Below are positions 45,004-56,573 of a stretch of DNA of 64,000 nucleotides, piece after piece. Each line of letters opens with the position of its first letter. Position 1 is the first letter of the stretch. Made by a program: the position numbers and the translations under genes. The notes under the pieces were generated by a model that was given only the letters and a program-made list of their open reading frames with translations, ran no database searches and was not told the origin of the DNA. Source of the DNA: an uncultured Alphaproteobacteria bacterium (lineage in GTDB: Bacteria; Pseudomonadota; Alphaproteobacteria; Rhizobiales; Rhodomicrobiaceae); NCBI GenBank assembly GCA_963748525.1, contig CAVVJJ010000005.1, forward strand, positions 8,026 through 72,025. Direction: 5' to 3'.

Positions 45004-46521
45004 CTACTGTCCCCTGCCAGCTTGCCCGGCGAAACGCACCGCCTCCTCAGCCGCGCGGAACAGCGCGCGCGCCTTGCTTTCGCACTCGGCTTGCTCCGAA
45101 GCGGGAACGGAATCGGCGACGATGCCGGCGCCGGCCTGCACATACATGGCGCCGTCCTTCACGATCGCGGTGCGAAGCGCGATGCAGGTGTCCATCTCGC
45201 CATTTGCGGCAAAATAGCCGATGCAGCCGGCGTATACGCCACGTTTCTCGGGCTCCAGCTCGTCGATGATTTCCATGGCCCGCACTTTGGGGGCGCCGGA
45301 GACGGTCCCCGCCGGGAAGCCCGCCATGAGCGCGTCGATGAAATCGTGCTTCGCATCGAGGCGGCCGGCCACGTTTGAGACGATGTGCATGACCTGGCTG
45401 TAATATTCGAGGAAGAAACTGTCGGTGACGCGGACCGTGCCGATTTCGGCGACGCGGCCGACATCGTTACGGCCGAGGTCGAGCAGCATCAGGTGCTCGG
45501 CCCGTTCTTTGGCGTCGGCGAGAAGCTCGGCTGAGAGGCTTTTATCCTCCTCGGGCGTGGCTCCCCGGCGGCGCGTGCCCGCGATGGGCCTGATCGTCAC
45601 TTCGCCCTCGCGAACGCGCACGAGTATTTCGGGGCTCGATCCGGCGACGGCGAAATCGCCGAAATTCAGGAAATAAAGGAATGGCGCGGGATTGACCCGG
45701 CGCAGGGCGCGGTACAGCGCGAAGGGCGGCAGGTCGAATTTCGAGGCAAAGCGCTGCGAGAGCACGACCTGGAAGATGTCGCCCGCCGCGATGTATTCCT
45801 TGGCGCGCGCCACCATGCCCATGTAATCCTCGGGCGCGATGTTCGAGACGGCCTCCGCGAAGGAGGCGTCGAACCCGTTCGCCGAAGAGGCGTGCGCGCT
45901 CCTGGTTTCGAGCGCGTCCTGCACTTCGGCCAGCCGGTCGATGGCGCGTGAAAAGGCTGTCTTGGCGGAGACGCCCTTCTGAGGGCGCACCGTCGTCACG
46001 ATCGTCATCTCGTCCCGCACGGCGTCGAAGATGACCATGATCGTCGGACGCATGAGGAGCGCGTCGGGCGCGCCGATGGGATCGGGCTTCTCGGCCGGAA
46101 GCCTTTCGACGAGGCGCACCGTGTCGTAGCCGAGATAGCCGAAGACGCCGGCGGCCATGGGCGGCAGATGCGCCGGAATGTCGAGACGGGACTCGGCGAG
46201 AAGCGCGCGCAGCGCCTGCAGCGTTCCGCCGTCGCAGGCGGAAAACGCGGAGGCGTCTTCGAGCGGCGTCCTGTTGATTTCGGCGCGGTCGCCATGAGCG
46301 CGCCAGAGGATATCGGGATCAAGGCCGATGATGGAGTAACGCCCGCGAACTGCGCCGCCCTCCACAAATTCGAGGAGGAACGAATAAGGGCGCGAGGCGC
46401 CCAGCTTGAGCATCGCCGCGACCGGAGTTTCGAGGTCGGCGACGAGCCGGGTCGAGACGAGTTGCGCCTCCCCGGCATTATATCGCGGCGAAAACTCCGC
46501 GGCAGAAGGTTCGACCTTCAT
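45004..46521 (-). CDS. trpE: Anthranilate synthase component I
   Basis: Reads LLEFVEGG...RYSIIG; C-terminal GTVSGAPKVRAMEIIDELEPEKRGVYAGCIGYF...ALRTAIV. Confidence 0.95.
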   Translation of the reverse strand: MKVEPSAAEFSPRYNAGEAQLVSTRLVADLETPVAAMLKLGASRPYSFLLEFVEGGAVRGRYSIIGLDPDILWRAHGDRAEINRTPLEDASAFSACDGGTLQALRALLAESRLDIPAHLPPMAAGVFGYLGYDTVRLVERLPAEKPDPIGAPDALLMRPTIMVIFDAVRDEMTIVTTVRPQKGVSAKTAFSRAIDRLAEVQDALETRSAHASSANGFDASFAEAVSNIAPEDYMGMVARAKEYIAAGDIFQVVLSQRFASKFDLPPFALYRALRRVNPAPFLYFLNFGDFAVAGSSPEILVRVREGEVTIRPIAGTRRRGATPEEDKSLSAELLADAKERAEHLMLLDLGRNDVGRVAEIGTVRVTDSFFLEYYSQVMHIVSNVAGRLDAKHDFIDALMAGFPAGTVSGAPKVRAMEIIDELEPEKRGVYAGCIGYFAANGEMDTCIALRTAIVKDGAMYVQAGAGIVADSVPASEQAECESKARALFRAAEEAVRFAGQAGRGQ

Positions 46522-46593
46522 GAAATTTACGATCTCGTAAAGTTGCGCGCCTCATCGTTGTTTCTTTGAGCGATGCCGCCACGCCATCGAATG

Positions 46594-48501
46594 CTATTCG
46601 TCGCCATCGAATGCGCCTCCCATGACGGCGGTGAGGGTCTTCTGATCGATAGAGATGCCGGCGGTTTTCGTCACGCCGCTAAGATATTCGGTGAAATTGT
46701 CTTCGCCGATCTTGCCCGCCAGCTGCTGCTCAAGCTCGCGCGCCGCCAACTCGTTCAGGGGCGGCGGCAGAATAATCTTTTCGACCTGGAACACGGTCCG
46801 GGTTGCGCCATCCCCCGACATCGCCGAACCCGCCCCGCCCTCGGCCAGTGAAAACGCCTGTGCAATCGCCGCGGGCGGCAAGCCCTGTTCGGAGCCTTCG
46901 CGCTTCAAGGGCTTGCTCGTCTTCACCTCGACGCCAGCGCTTTTCGCAATGTCGGCGATCGGCTCGCCCTTGTCGATGCGGGCGACGAGTTCTCGCGCCT
47001 TCTCGACGAGCTTCGTGCGAACCTGCTCCTTTCGCCAGGCGGCATCGACGTCCGCCCTCACTTCATCGAAAGGCTTCTGTCTGGGCTTGATGATGTCCAA
47101 CACCTCGAACCAGGCATAGCCGCCGCTGGGTATCCGCAGCGCCTCGTTTTCCACCCCGACGTCGGTCTTGAAGGCCGCATCGACAAGGGTTGAAACGGGG
47201 ACGCCAGAAAGCGCAATCGCCTTGCCGTCGGCCGACTTGCCCGTGCGGTCGAAAGTCGCTTCCTCCAATGGCAAATCGAGCTTCTTGGCGCTATCCGCGA
47301 GAACGACGCCCGTCGCGCGATCGTCCTCGAAGGCCTTGATCAGCCTCGACATCTCCGCCTTCACGCGGCCGGCAACGAGGTTGGCGCGAATCTGCTCTTT
47401 CGCCTCCTCGAAGCTTTTTTCCTGCCCTGGGATGATCTCAAGCACGCGCATGATGACGGAGGAGAGCGGGCCGTCCGCCACTCTGCTGGTCCAGCCCTTA
47501 TCCGTCGACCAGGCCTCGTCGATAATGGCGTCGCTGGTTGCGAACTTCCGGGCGAACTCCTTCTTGGAGACAAGCCCGATGTCGAGGTCCGGCTGCTTGA
47601 AGCCCGCTTCCTTTGCGACGTCGAGGAAGTCCTTGCCCGCCTTCAGCTCAGCATGAGCGGCCTCCGCGGCGTCATGCGTCTTGAAGGGGATGAGTTCGAT
47701 TTTGCGCCGTTCCGGAATGGCGTACTGCGCGGCCCTGGCGGCGTACTCGGCTTTGAGTTCGTCGTCGGAAATGTTGATTTTTCTCGCAACGGTTTCCGGC
47801 GTTATCGGCAGCACGGCCGTCTTTCGCAGCTCGGGCGCCATGAATTGCGTCTTGCGCTCTTCATAGAACGCCTTCAACGCATCGTCCGTCGGCGCTTCTA
47901 TGGCGCCGGCGGCGTCCGCGTTCAGCGTGAAGTAGGCCAGCGTCCGCTGTTCGTTGCCATAGCGGTTGTAAGCTTCCAGGAGCGTTTTCGGCAGGACGCC
48001 GCTGGTGTCGAAGATGCCGCGAATCTGGCGCCGGATCAGATCGCCGCTGTATTCCTGCTCGAACGCCGGCGCGGAATAGCCGATCTGCTGCAAAAACTGT
48101 TGATATTTTTGCTCGCTAAAGGCGCCCGACTGGTCCTGGAACATAGGCGCGCTCGTAACGCTTTGCTTGATGCCAGCCTCGGATATTCCGACGCCGAGTT
48201 CTTTCGCCTCCAGATCCAAGGCGGCTTCCTGGATCAGCCCTTGCAGTACCCGGTTGGGCAGCCCGAACGCCTTCGCTTCCTGAGGGGAAATCCTGCGCCC
48301 GGTCCTTTGGCTCAGATTATCAAGCACTCGTTGATAGGCGCGGCGATATTGCTCAGGCGTTACCGCCTCCGAACCGACCTTGGCCACCGCCTGTTGTCTG
48401 TAGCGCTCGAAATAATTGTTCCCTCCCATGCTGATCGCGAATGCGCCGATAAGAACGGCGAACATTACGAACACGGCCGCTTTCCGAAGAAATTTCATCA
48501 T
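46594..48501 (-). CDS. ppiD: PpiD-like periplasmic chaperone / peptidyl-prolyl isomerase (SurA N-terminal domain protein)
   Basis: The N-terminal anchor reads MMKFLRKAAVFVMFAVLIGAFAI and is followed by a long helical SurA-like body. Position next to trpE/tpiA is as in many alphaproteobacteria. Confidence 0.8.
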   Translation of the reverse strand: MMKFLRKAAVFVMFAVLIGAFAISMGGNNYFERYRQQAVAKVGSEAVTPEQYRRAYQRVLDNLSQRTGRRISPQEAKAFGLPNRVLQGLIQEAALDLEAKELGVGISEAGIKQSVTSAPMFQDQSGAFSEQKYQQFLQQIGYSAPAFEQEYSGDLIRRQIRGIFDTSGVLPKTLLEAYNRYGNEQRTLAYFTLNADAAGAIEAPTDDALKAFYEERKTQFMAPELRKTAVLPITPETVARKINISDDELKAEYAARAAQYAIPERRKIELIPFKTHDAAEAAHAELKAGKDFLDVAKEAGFKQPDLDIGLVSKKEFARKFATSDAIIDEAWSTDKGWTSRVADGPLSSVIMRVLEIIPGQEKSFEEAKEQIRANLVAGRVKAEMSRLIKAFEDDRATGVVLADSAKKLDLPLEEATFDRTGKSADGKAIALSGVPVSTLVDAAFKTDVGVENEALRIPSGGYAWFEVLDIIKPRQKPFDEVRADVDAAWRKEQVRTKLVEKARELVARIDKGEPIADIAKSAGVEVKTSKPLKREGSEQGLPPAAIAQAFSLAEGGAGSAMSGDGATRTVFQVEKIILPPPLNELAARELEQQLAGKIGEDNFTEYLSGVTKTAGISIDQKTLTAVMGGAFDGDE

Positions 48502-48681
48502 GGGGAATGGACGTCCTTACGCGTTTGGATAAAGCGGGCCTTGATTCAGGCGGGCATTTCTTGCAGGGTCCGCGATGACCGTAATTTAGAGAATAAATAT
48601 GTGGGCGCAATGTTAAGATTCGTCGCGCAGGCCCGCTTCAACAAATTCGTGGGCAAGGCACGCGCCAGGAAGAGAGATGAA

Positions 48682-49476
48682 ATGACAGGTCCGAAGCTCT
48701 TCGTTGCAGGAAATTGGAAAATGAACGGCCTCAAGGCCGACCTGAAGGAAATCGAGGCGATCAAGGCGGGCCTTCTTCCCCGCGATCCCGATGTGGCGAT
48801 CTATCCGCCCGTTACGCTTCTGTCTTCCGCCGTAGCCCTGCTTGAGGGAACGCCGGTCGAGGCGGGAGCGCAAGACTGCCATGCGCAGCCGAAAGGAGCT
48901 TTCACAGGCGATATTTCGGCCCCCATGCTGAAGGACGGCGGCGCCTCATCGGTCATCGTCGGCCACAGCGAGCGGCGTAGCGGCCATGGGGAGACGAGCC
49001 TCGACGTCAGGGCGAAAGCCGCCGCCGCCCTGAAGGCCGGGCTCAAGGCCGTCGTCTGCATCGGAGAAACAAGGGGCGAGCGCGTCGCGGGCCTTGCCGC
49101 CGCGGTTTGCACGCGCCAGCTCGCGGCGAGCCTTCCGGACGAAAGCGCGCCGGAGAGCGTGATCGTCGCTTACGAGCCTGTGTGGGCGATCGGCACAGGG
49201 CTTTCGCCCACAACGCCCGACATCACCGCTATCCACAAGGTTGTGCGCGACGAGCTTCACCGTCGCTTTCCGGAGAGCGCCGGAAAACGATGGCGCATAT
49301 TGTACGGCGGCTCCGTCACGCCCGCCAACGCCGCCTCGATATTCGAAAGCGACGAGGTGGACGGGGTGCTCGTCGGCGGCGCAAGCCTCAGCGCAGTTTC
49401 ATTTCTTGCAATCATCGCCGCTGCCCGGGCGGCATCGGAGCGGCGGCAATCCGAAACGAGCGCAAAGACGGTTTGA
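48682..49476 (+). CDS. tpiA: Triose-phosphate isomerase
   Basis: Reads KLFVAGNWKMNG...VIVGHSERR...VAYEPVWAIGTG...ILYGGSV. Confidence 0.95.
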   Translation: MTGPKLFVAGNWKMNGLKADLKEIEAIKAGLLPRDPDVAIYPPVTLLSSAVALLEGTPVEAGAQDCHAQPKGAFTGDISAPMLKDGGASSVIVGHSERRSGHGETSLDVRAKAAAALKAGLKAVVCIGETRGERVAGLAAAVCTRQLAASLPDESAPESVIVAYEPVWAIGTGLSPTTPDITAIHKVVRDELHRRFPESAGKRWRILYGGSVTPANAASIFESDEVDGVLVGGASLSAVSFLAIIAAARAASERRQSETSAKTV

Positions 49477-49478
49477 CC

Positions 49479-49964
49479 ATGGAGCCAATTGGACATCCGC
49501 ATCGCCAAGCCTTTCGTTTTGCGGTTTCCGTGCTTGCCCTGGGCGCGGCGGCTTTGGTCGCCGCCTCCGCCAAAGCGGCGCCCTTGGATAAGGCCGCCTG
49601 CGCAAAGCTTGCCCAAGACATGCAAAACATGAAAGCGCTGGACGTCGACAAATTGATGGAGAGGGGCCCGGCCTGGGCCGTCTCTCATCTTTCTCCATCG
49701 GATCTTGGGCTCGTGCGGCAATATATCGACCTCGACGAGCAGATGAAGTTTCGCTGTCAGGCGCCCGGCTCGCTCGTGCATCTGAAGCATCTTGAGGACG
49801 AGGACGAGGACGGCTCCGCGAAGGCGGCGGCGGAGGCCGGCGGAGAGAAAACGCAAGGCGCTAACGAAAAAAGCGAGAGCCAAACGGCGCAGCCGCGGGC
49901 CAAAGCCGCCAAGCCGCAGCAGAAGCGCGATAGCGTCGAGGCAGGCTCGCTCGTGGGCCGCTAG
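49479..49964 (+). CDS. Secreted hypothetical protein with an acidic/basic low-complexity tail
   Basis: The signal-like N-terminus reads FRFAVSVLALGAAALVAASAKA. The ATG lies 3 nt after the tpiA stop. Confidence 0.55.
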   Translation: MEPIGHPHRQAFRFAVSVLALGAAALVAASAKAAPLDKAACAKLAQDMQNMKALDVDKLMERGPAWAVSHLSPSDLGLVRQYIDLDEQMKFRCQAPGSLVHLKHLEDEDEDGSAKAAAEAGGEKTQGANEKSESQTAQPRAKAAKPQQKRDSVEAGSLVGR

Positions 49965-50051
49965 GGCCGCGCGAGTTTGACGGCTTGATCTTCCCGCCGA
50001 AACCGGTCATATGACCGTATCTTCCCCCCCAATCTGACCGGTTGCGAGTCC

Positions 50052-50456
50052 ATGGCTACTGTTCTTCTTGTCATTCATATCACGGTCGCGGCCACGATGA
50101 TCGTGTTGATTCTGATCCAAAGGTCGGAAGGAGGCGCTCTCGGCATCGGCGGGGGCGGCGGCGGTTTTGTGAGCGGGCGGGGCGCGGCCAATTTCCTGAC
50201 GCGGACCACGGCGATTCTTGCCGCCATCTTTTTCACGACGAGCATCACGCTCGGCATCCTCAGCCATCGCACCGCGCCGACCTCCGCGGTCGTCCCCACG
50301 GCCGCTCAAAACGGCGTTCCAGCCCCGAGTTCGGCGCCCGGCGAGAAAGCGCCCGAGTCGCTGCCCGATCTCAAATTGCCCAAGCTCAAGCCCGAATTGC
50401 CGGCCGCGCCGGCTCCGGCGGCGCCTGCGCAGCCGCAACTTCCTCAGTCGCAGTAA
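50052..50456 (+). CDS. secG: Preprotein translocase subunit SecG
   Basis: Reads MATVLLVIHITVAATMIVLILIQRSEGGALGIGGGGGGFVSGRGAANFLTRTT. Confidence 0.9.
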   Translation: MATVLLVIHITVAATMIVLILIQRSEGGALGIGGGGGGFVSGRGAANFLTRTTAILAAIFFTTSITLGILSHRTAPTSAVVPTAAQNGVPAPSSAPGEKAPESLPDLKLPKLKPELPAAPAPAAPAQPQLPQSQ

Positions 50457-50510
50457 GTCGCGGTCCTCTCCAAAATGGCCTTCAAGGCAAGGCCGCCAAG
50501 CACTGGTTGA

Positions 50511-52193
<1,683 letters not shown>

Positions 52194-52276
52194 GCGTCGC
52201 GCCAAGACGCAGCCTGTCGTCTTGGAATTGCCCGAAACTGGACTTAGGAAGCGATCGGCGACACCGGGTGAGCGGC

Positions 52277-52687
52277 ATGACAATCACGGGCATTTTGCGG
52301 CTGGTCTGTGTCAGCCTTCATCTTGCGGCGTTGTCTTATGTCTCAGCGGCGCAAGCCCAAGCGGAATCCGTCGCGCTGAAAAGCGGCGAAACGGTTGACC
52401 TGGGCAATCTCTTCTGGGTAGCCAATTGCAAGTCGCTTCTGACTGGCCCGATTACGGTGGAAGTCCTGGACGGGCCGCCTGGAGTTACGGCAGCCGTAAA
52501 GCAGCAGAACGTCATACCGCGCAAATTCAACTGCGCCAAGGAAGTGCCGGGCGGCAGGCTTATTGTGACGGCCCCTCCGGAGATCAAGGAAAAGGCGAGA
52601 GGGACGCTCGTCGTGCGGATGAAATATCCGACCAAGGATGGCGAACGGCAGTGGAGCCGGACGATCGATCTGACGCTTTTTCCCTGA
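52277..52687 (+). CDS. Secreted small protein, paralogue 1
   Basis: Signal peptide followed by VALKSGETVDLGNLFWVANCKSLLTGPITVEVLDGPPGVTAAV. Its C-terminus, LTLFP, matches the neighbour. Confidence 0.6.
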   Translation: MTITGILRLVCVSLHLAALSYVSAAQAQAESVALKSGETVDLGNLFWVANCKSLLTGPITVEVLDGPPGVTAAVKQQNVIPRKFNCAKEVPGGRLIVTAPPEIKEKARGTLVVRMKYPTKDGERQWSRTIDLTLFP

Positions 52688-52731
52688 GTTCGAACAAAGA
52701 CGAAATCGATCGGATTACAAATGGGGGTACA

Positions 52732-53145
52732 ATGAAGTCGCCGTCCATAGCCCGGCTCGCGAGCTTGATTTTGTGCATCCTCGCAGCCACCGCCGCAAAC
52801 GGCCAGTCTTGGCAGTTCAACACGCAGGAAGTCGCGCTGAAAAGCGGAGAAACCGCTGAAGTGATGGACCTTTACTGGGTGACGAATTGCAAATCCTTGC
52901 TGACGGCGACCCCCGAAGTGACCATCATGGATGGTCCTCCGGGCGTGACCGCCGTGGTTGAGGAAGCCATGGTGGTTCCTCGCTTTCAGCAATGCGCAAA
53001 TACGGTCAAGGGCGCCAAGTTGAAGCTCAAAGCGGATGCGATCGACGACCAGACCAATTCCCTCATGACGCTTCGGATAAGATACAAGACGAAAGACGGC
53101 AATCGCGACAGGTCGCTCTCGCTTAAGATGTCGCTTTTTCCATGA
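52732..53145 (+). CDS. Secreted small protein, paralogue 2
   Basis: Signal peptide followed by VALKSGETAEVMDLYWVTNCKSLLTATPEVTIMDGPPGVTAVV. The C-terminus reads MSLFP. Confidence 0.6.
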   Translation: MKSPSIARLASLILCILAATAANGQSWQFNTQEVALKSGETAEVMDLYWVTNCKSLLTATPEVTIMDGPPGVTAVVEEAMVVPRFQQCANTVKGAKLKLKADAIDDQTNSLMTLRIRYKTKDGNRDRSLSLKMSLFP

Positions 53146-54005
53146 CCGAAACTTTTCTCACGCCCAGCCCCAATCCGGTGGTTGAGGTCTGCGGCGTCCG
53201 CATCGGCAACGCCTTGCCGCTGGCGCTTTTCGCGGGGCCTTGCCAGCTCGAAAGCCGCGCGCACGCGCTCGAAATGGCCTCCGCGCTAAGCGAAATCGCG
53301 GCGCGGCTTGGCATCGGGCTCATCTTCAAGACCTCCTTCGACAAGGCGAACCGCACCAGCGCCGGCGCCGCGCGCGGCATCGGCCTCAACGCCGCGCTCG
53401 CCATCTTCGCCGAGATCCGCGAGACGCTTCGGCTGCCTATCGTGACCGACGTGCATGAGGCCGCGCAATGTGCGTCCGTGGCGGAAGCCGTGGATGTCTT
53501 GCAGATCCCCGCTTTCCTGTGCCGGCAGACAGACTTGCTCGTGGCGGCGGCTCAGACGGGGCGGGCGGTCAAGATTAAGAAGGGCCAGTTCCTCGCCCCC
53601 TGGGACATGAAAAACGTCGTCGCCAAGGTCCTAAAGGCCGGCAACCCCAATGTGATCGTCACCGAGCGCGGCGTTAGCTTCGGATACAATACGCTTGTGT
53701 CTGACATGCGCGCGCTGCCGATCCTCGCCGAGACTGGTTGCCCCGTGGTCTTCGACGCCACCCACTCCGTGCAGCAGCCGGGCGGGCAGGGCGCGGCCAG
53801 CGGCGGCGACCGGCGGTTCGTGCCGGTTCTCGCCCGAGCCGCCGTAGCGGTGGGCGTGGCGGCGGTCTTCATCGAGACCCACCAGGATCCCGATCGCGCG
53901 CCCTCCGACGGGCCTAACATGCTGCCGCTTGCCTCGCTTGAAGGGTTGCTGCGCGAACTGATGGAACTGGATGCGCTCGCGAAGAAGAGAAGCGCCGCGA
54001 GCTGA
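53142..54005 (+). CDS. kdsA: 3-deoxy-8-phosphooctulonate synthase
   Basis: Reads LIFKTSFDKANRTS...TDVHE...LQIPAFLCRQTDL...VKIKKGQFLAPWDM...VTERG.SFGYN. Confidence 0.95.
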   Translation: MTETFLTPSPNPVVEVCGVRIGNALPLALFAGPCQLESRAHALEMASALSEIAARLGIGLIFKTSFDKANRTSAGAARGIGLNAALAIFAEIRETLRLPIVTDVHEAAQCASVAEAVDVLQIPAFLCRQTDLLVAAAQTGRAVKIKKGQFLAPWDMKNVVAKVLKAGNPNVIVTERGVSFGYNTLVSDMRALPILAETGCPVVFDATHSVQQPGGQGAASGGDRRFVPVLARAAVAVGVAAVFIETHQDPDRAPSDGPNMLPLASLEGLLRELMELDALAKKRSAAS

Positions 54006-54197
54006 AGATCATCGCCTCGACAAGCTTGCTTTCTCGAGGGCGAGGGGGAGGGGATCAAGGGCCGGACGCCGCGCACGGCCGATGGACAACTGCGACGGCC
54101 GCCGCCGGTCACGACTTTCCGAGCAGTTTTTCATTCGCCTCGACGGCCCCCAAATGTCCTGCTTTTCCTTGTCGTTGCAGGCCCGGTTGTCTCCTCC

Positions 54198-54977
54198 TCA
54201 GGGCGCGTTGGGGCCGGGCCAAGGTCCCCGGCGCAGGTTCGCTATGATGCCTCGCAGGGTGCGAACTTCCTGCTCGGTGGGCGCCATGCGAGCGAACATG
54301 GTTCTGATGTTGTTGACCATGTTTTCGCGCTTTTCCGGAGGGAACAGAAAGCCGCAAGCGTCGAGTTCGCGCTCCAGGTGCTCAAAAAAGCCCATGAGTT
54401 CCTGCCGCTTGGCGGGGCGGCTCGCCTTGAAGCGCTGTCCCGCGCCTTGCGGCGCGTCGGGAAGCTGGCGGCCAAGCGAAACCGGGTTGACCAGCTTTCT
54501 CCATTCATAGGCGAACAGCAGAACCGACTGGGCGAGATTGAGGGACGCAAAGTCCGGATCGACGGGCGCCGTCACGATGACGTCGGCGAGCGCCACGTCG
54601 GAATTCTCAAGCCCGGTGCGCTCCTTGCCAAACAGAATTCCGCATTGCAGCCCGGCCCCGGCGCGCTCGAAAACGGCCGACGCCGCGCCGTCCGGCGCAA
54701 GCACGGGCATCGCCAGATAGCGGCTCCGCGCCGTGGTCGCGGCGAGGAAGTGCAAATCTGCAACGGCGGCTGAAATTGTGGGATATACCGTCGCGCTATC
54801 CACAATCTCAACCGCCAGCGCGGCGGATGAGCGGGCGGCCTGGTTCGGCCAGCCATCGCGCGGGGCGACGAGGCGCAATTCACGCAAGCCGAAATTCGCC
54901 ATGGCGCGCGCGGCCGCGCCGATGTTCTCGCCGAGCTGCGGCTCGACAAGGATGATGGCCGGGGCGGCGGATTTCAC
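54198..54977 (-). CDS. SpoU/TrmH-class RNA 2'-O-methyltransferase (TrmJ/LasT-like)
   Basis: Reads IILVEPQLGENIGAAARAMANFGLRELRLVAPRDGWPN...GILFGKERTGLENSDV. Confidence 0.85.
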   Translation of the reverse strand: MKSAAPAIILVEPQLGENIGAAARAMANFGLRELRLVAPRDGWPNQAARSSAALAVEIVDSATVYPTISAAVADLHFLAATTARSRYLAMPVLAPDGAASAVFERAGAGLQCGILFGKERTGLENSDVALADVIVTAPVDPDFASLNLAQSVLLFAYEWRKLVNPVSLGRQLPDAPQGAGQRFKASRPAKRQELMGFFEHLERELDACGFLFPPEKRENMVNNIRTMFARMAPTEQEVRTLRGIIANLRRGPWPGPNAP

Positions 54978-55087
54978 CTGGGCGTCGGATGAATGGCTGA
55001 CGTCATGGGGGAAGGATTTCCCCTGAGACGGACGCTGTCAAGCGTGCGAAGGGCTCGACCGCCCAGGAGAGCGAACGGCGTCGTAGA

Positions 55088-55594
55088 TTACTCCCCCGCG
55101 GCCAGGGCGCGGCTGCCGAAGGGGGCGTTGAGCCGCACGATTTTCAGGTTGAGATAGGCCGCGAACGACACCCATAGCAGGTAGGGGAAAATCAGCAACG
55201 CCGCCTTCGAGGAGTAGGGGGCGAGGCCCGCGATCAGAGCGGCGACCGAAAGCCACAAGAACGCCACCTCGACAAGAGCCCAGTCCGGCCGCCTGAGATT
55301 GAAGAAGATTGGCGTCCAGAGCAGGTGGAAAAAGATATTGATCGCAAACAAAAGCGCAATGCGCGAGTGTGCGCCGCTATCGCCCGCCGCCGCCGTCCAC
55401 GCCTCAACGCCGCCCCAGGCAGCCAGCCCCAGGATGACGGTCCAGGCAGGGCCGAACGCCCATTCCGGCGGGTTCCACCAGGGCTTGCGCAGAGTGCGAT
55501 ACCACGGGCCAACTTTGGTCAATACAGCGCCGCCAACCAGCACGGCAAGGGTGACAATCGCGGCTACGATGATTGTAAGCGTCATGTTATGCAA
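55088..55594 (-). CDS. tspO: TspO/MBR tryptophan-rich sensory protein
   Basis: Reads WYRTLRKPWWNPPEWAFGPAWTVILGLAAW...LLWTPIFF...YLLWVSFAAYLN. Confidence 0.9.
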   Translation of the reverse strand: MHNMTLTIIVAAIVTLAVLVGGAVLTKVGPWYRTLRKPWWNPPEWAFGPAWTVILGLAAWGGVEAWTAAAGDSGAHSRIALLFAINIFFHLLWTPIFFNLRRPDWALVEVAFLWLSVAALIAGLAPYSSKAALLIFPYLLWVSFAAYLNLKIVRLNAPFGSRALAAGE

Positions 55595-55766
55595 CTGGTG
55601 GCCAGGTGGAGCTTATGCAAGTCTTGCCAAACGCAGGCGGCGCACGGAACACGGCGGATTGAAAGCGCAGCCCCGCACGCTCACGCGGATGTGGATTCTT
55701 GCGTCTGCGTCCTCGCAAGTCTGCGATGGGCGTGATCCACTAGGCGAGGGTAAAGAGGGCGGGGAA

Positions 55767-56573
55767 ATGACGATTTGCATAGCCGTGAAGGCCGCCGAAG
55801 GCTTGGTGATGGCGGCCGACAGCATGGCGACTGTCGAGCGGACGATGCACACATGGCAGGGAGAGCGCCGCGTCGGCAAGACCTTCGTCCACGCCAATAA
55901 GATCGCGCGGTTCAGATCGGCGCCCGTCGGCCTCATGACATGGGGCCTGCCGGGGATTGGGCCGCGGCCGCTGCAAAGCCTGATCCTCGAATTCGAACAA
56001 ACCGCCGCGGCCGATGGTGACGAGGTGAGCGAAGTGGCGGAAGAGTTCGCGGCGTTCCTGAAAGCGCATTATGATTTAGAATACGGCCCCCCGAACCAGC
56101 CCGAACTCGGCGTGTATGTTGGAGGATATTCGAAGGGCGCCTATGTTTCGGACGGCTATGTCGCCGTGCTTCCCTCCACGAGCCGGCCCACCCAGATTAG
56201 ACCCAACCTCACCGGAAACGCCCCAGACTTTGGCGTGAACTGGTATGGGGACATCGTTCCGCTCTTGCGGCTGATAAAGGGTCTCGATCCGCTCGCGATC
56301 GCCGAACTGATCCGCCGGGGCGCCTCCCGCCATGTCGTTCAGCAATGGATGGACGACGGGGTGGGCCAGATGCCGCTTCTGGTCGACGGGATGCCTTTGC
56401 AGGACGCGATCGACCTCGCCGCCTTCCTGGTCCAGGTAACGATCGGGTGCTCCAGGTTCTCTCTTGCGGCGCCGACATGCGGCGGCGACTTCGACATCGC
56501 CGTGATAACGCCCGGCCGCTTTCGCTGGGCGGCCCGCAAGCGCTGGTCGCTCACGGGCGAGGACGCGGATTAG
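55767..56573 (+). CDS. Ntn-hydrolase, proteasome-beta/HslV-like protein (orphan)
   Basis: The N-terminus MTICIAVKAAEGLVMAADS puts Thr directly after the initiator Met and an Asp 16 residues later, followed by a NKIARF Lys motif. 268 aa. Confidence 0.5.
   Translation: MTICIAVKAAEGLVMAADSMATVERTMHTWQGERRVGKTFVHANKIARFRSAPVGLMTWGLPGIGPRPLQSLILEFEQTAAADGDEVSEVAEEFAAFLKAHYDLEYGPPNQPELGVYVGGYSKGAYVSDGYVAVLPSTSRPTQIRPNLTGNAPDFGVNWYGDIVPLLRLIKGLDPLAIAELIRRGASRHVVQQWMDDGVGQMPLLVDGMPLQDAIDLAAFLVQVTIGCSRFSLAAPTCGGDFDIAVITPGRFRWAARKRWSLTGEDAD

Noticed and set aside
46522-46593. A possible trpE leader peptide (MAWRHRSKKQR on the minus strand) and attenuator.
   Set aside because: It has only one Trp codon, I could not draw convincing alternative hairpins, and the ORF is created by the duplicated ppiD tail.
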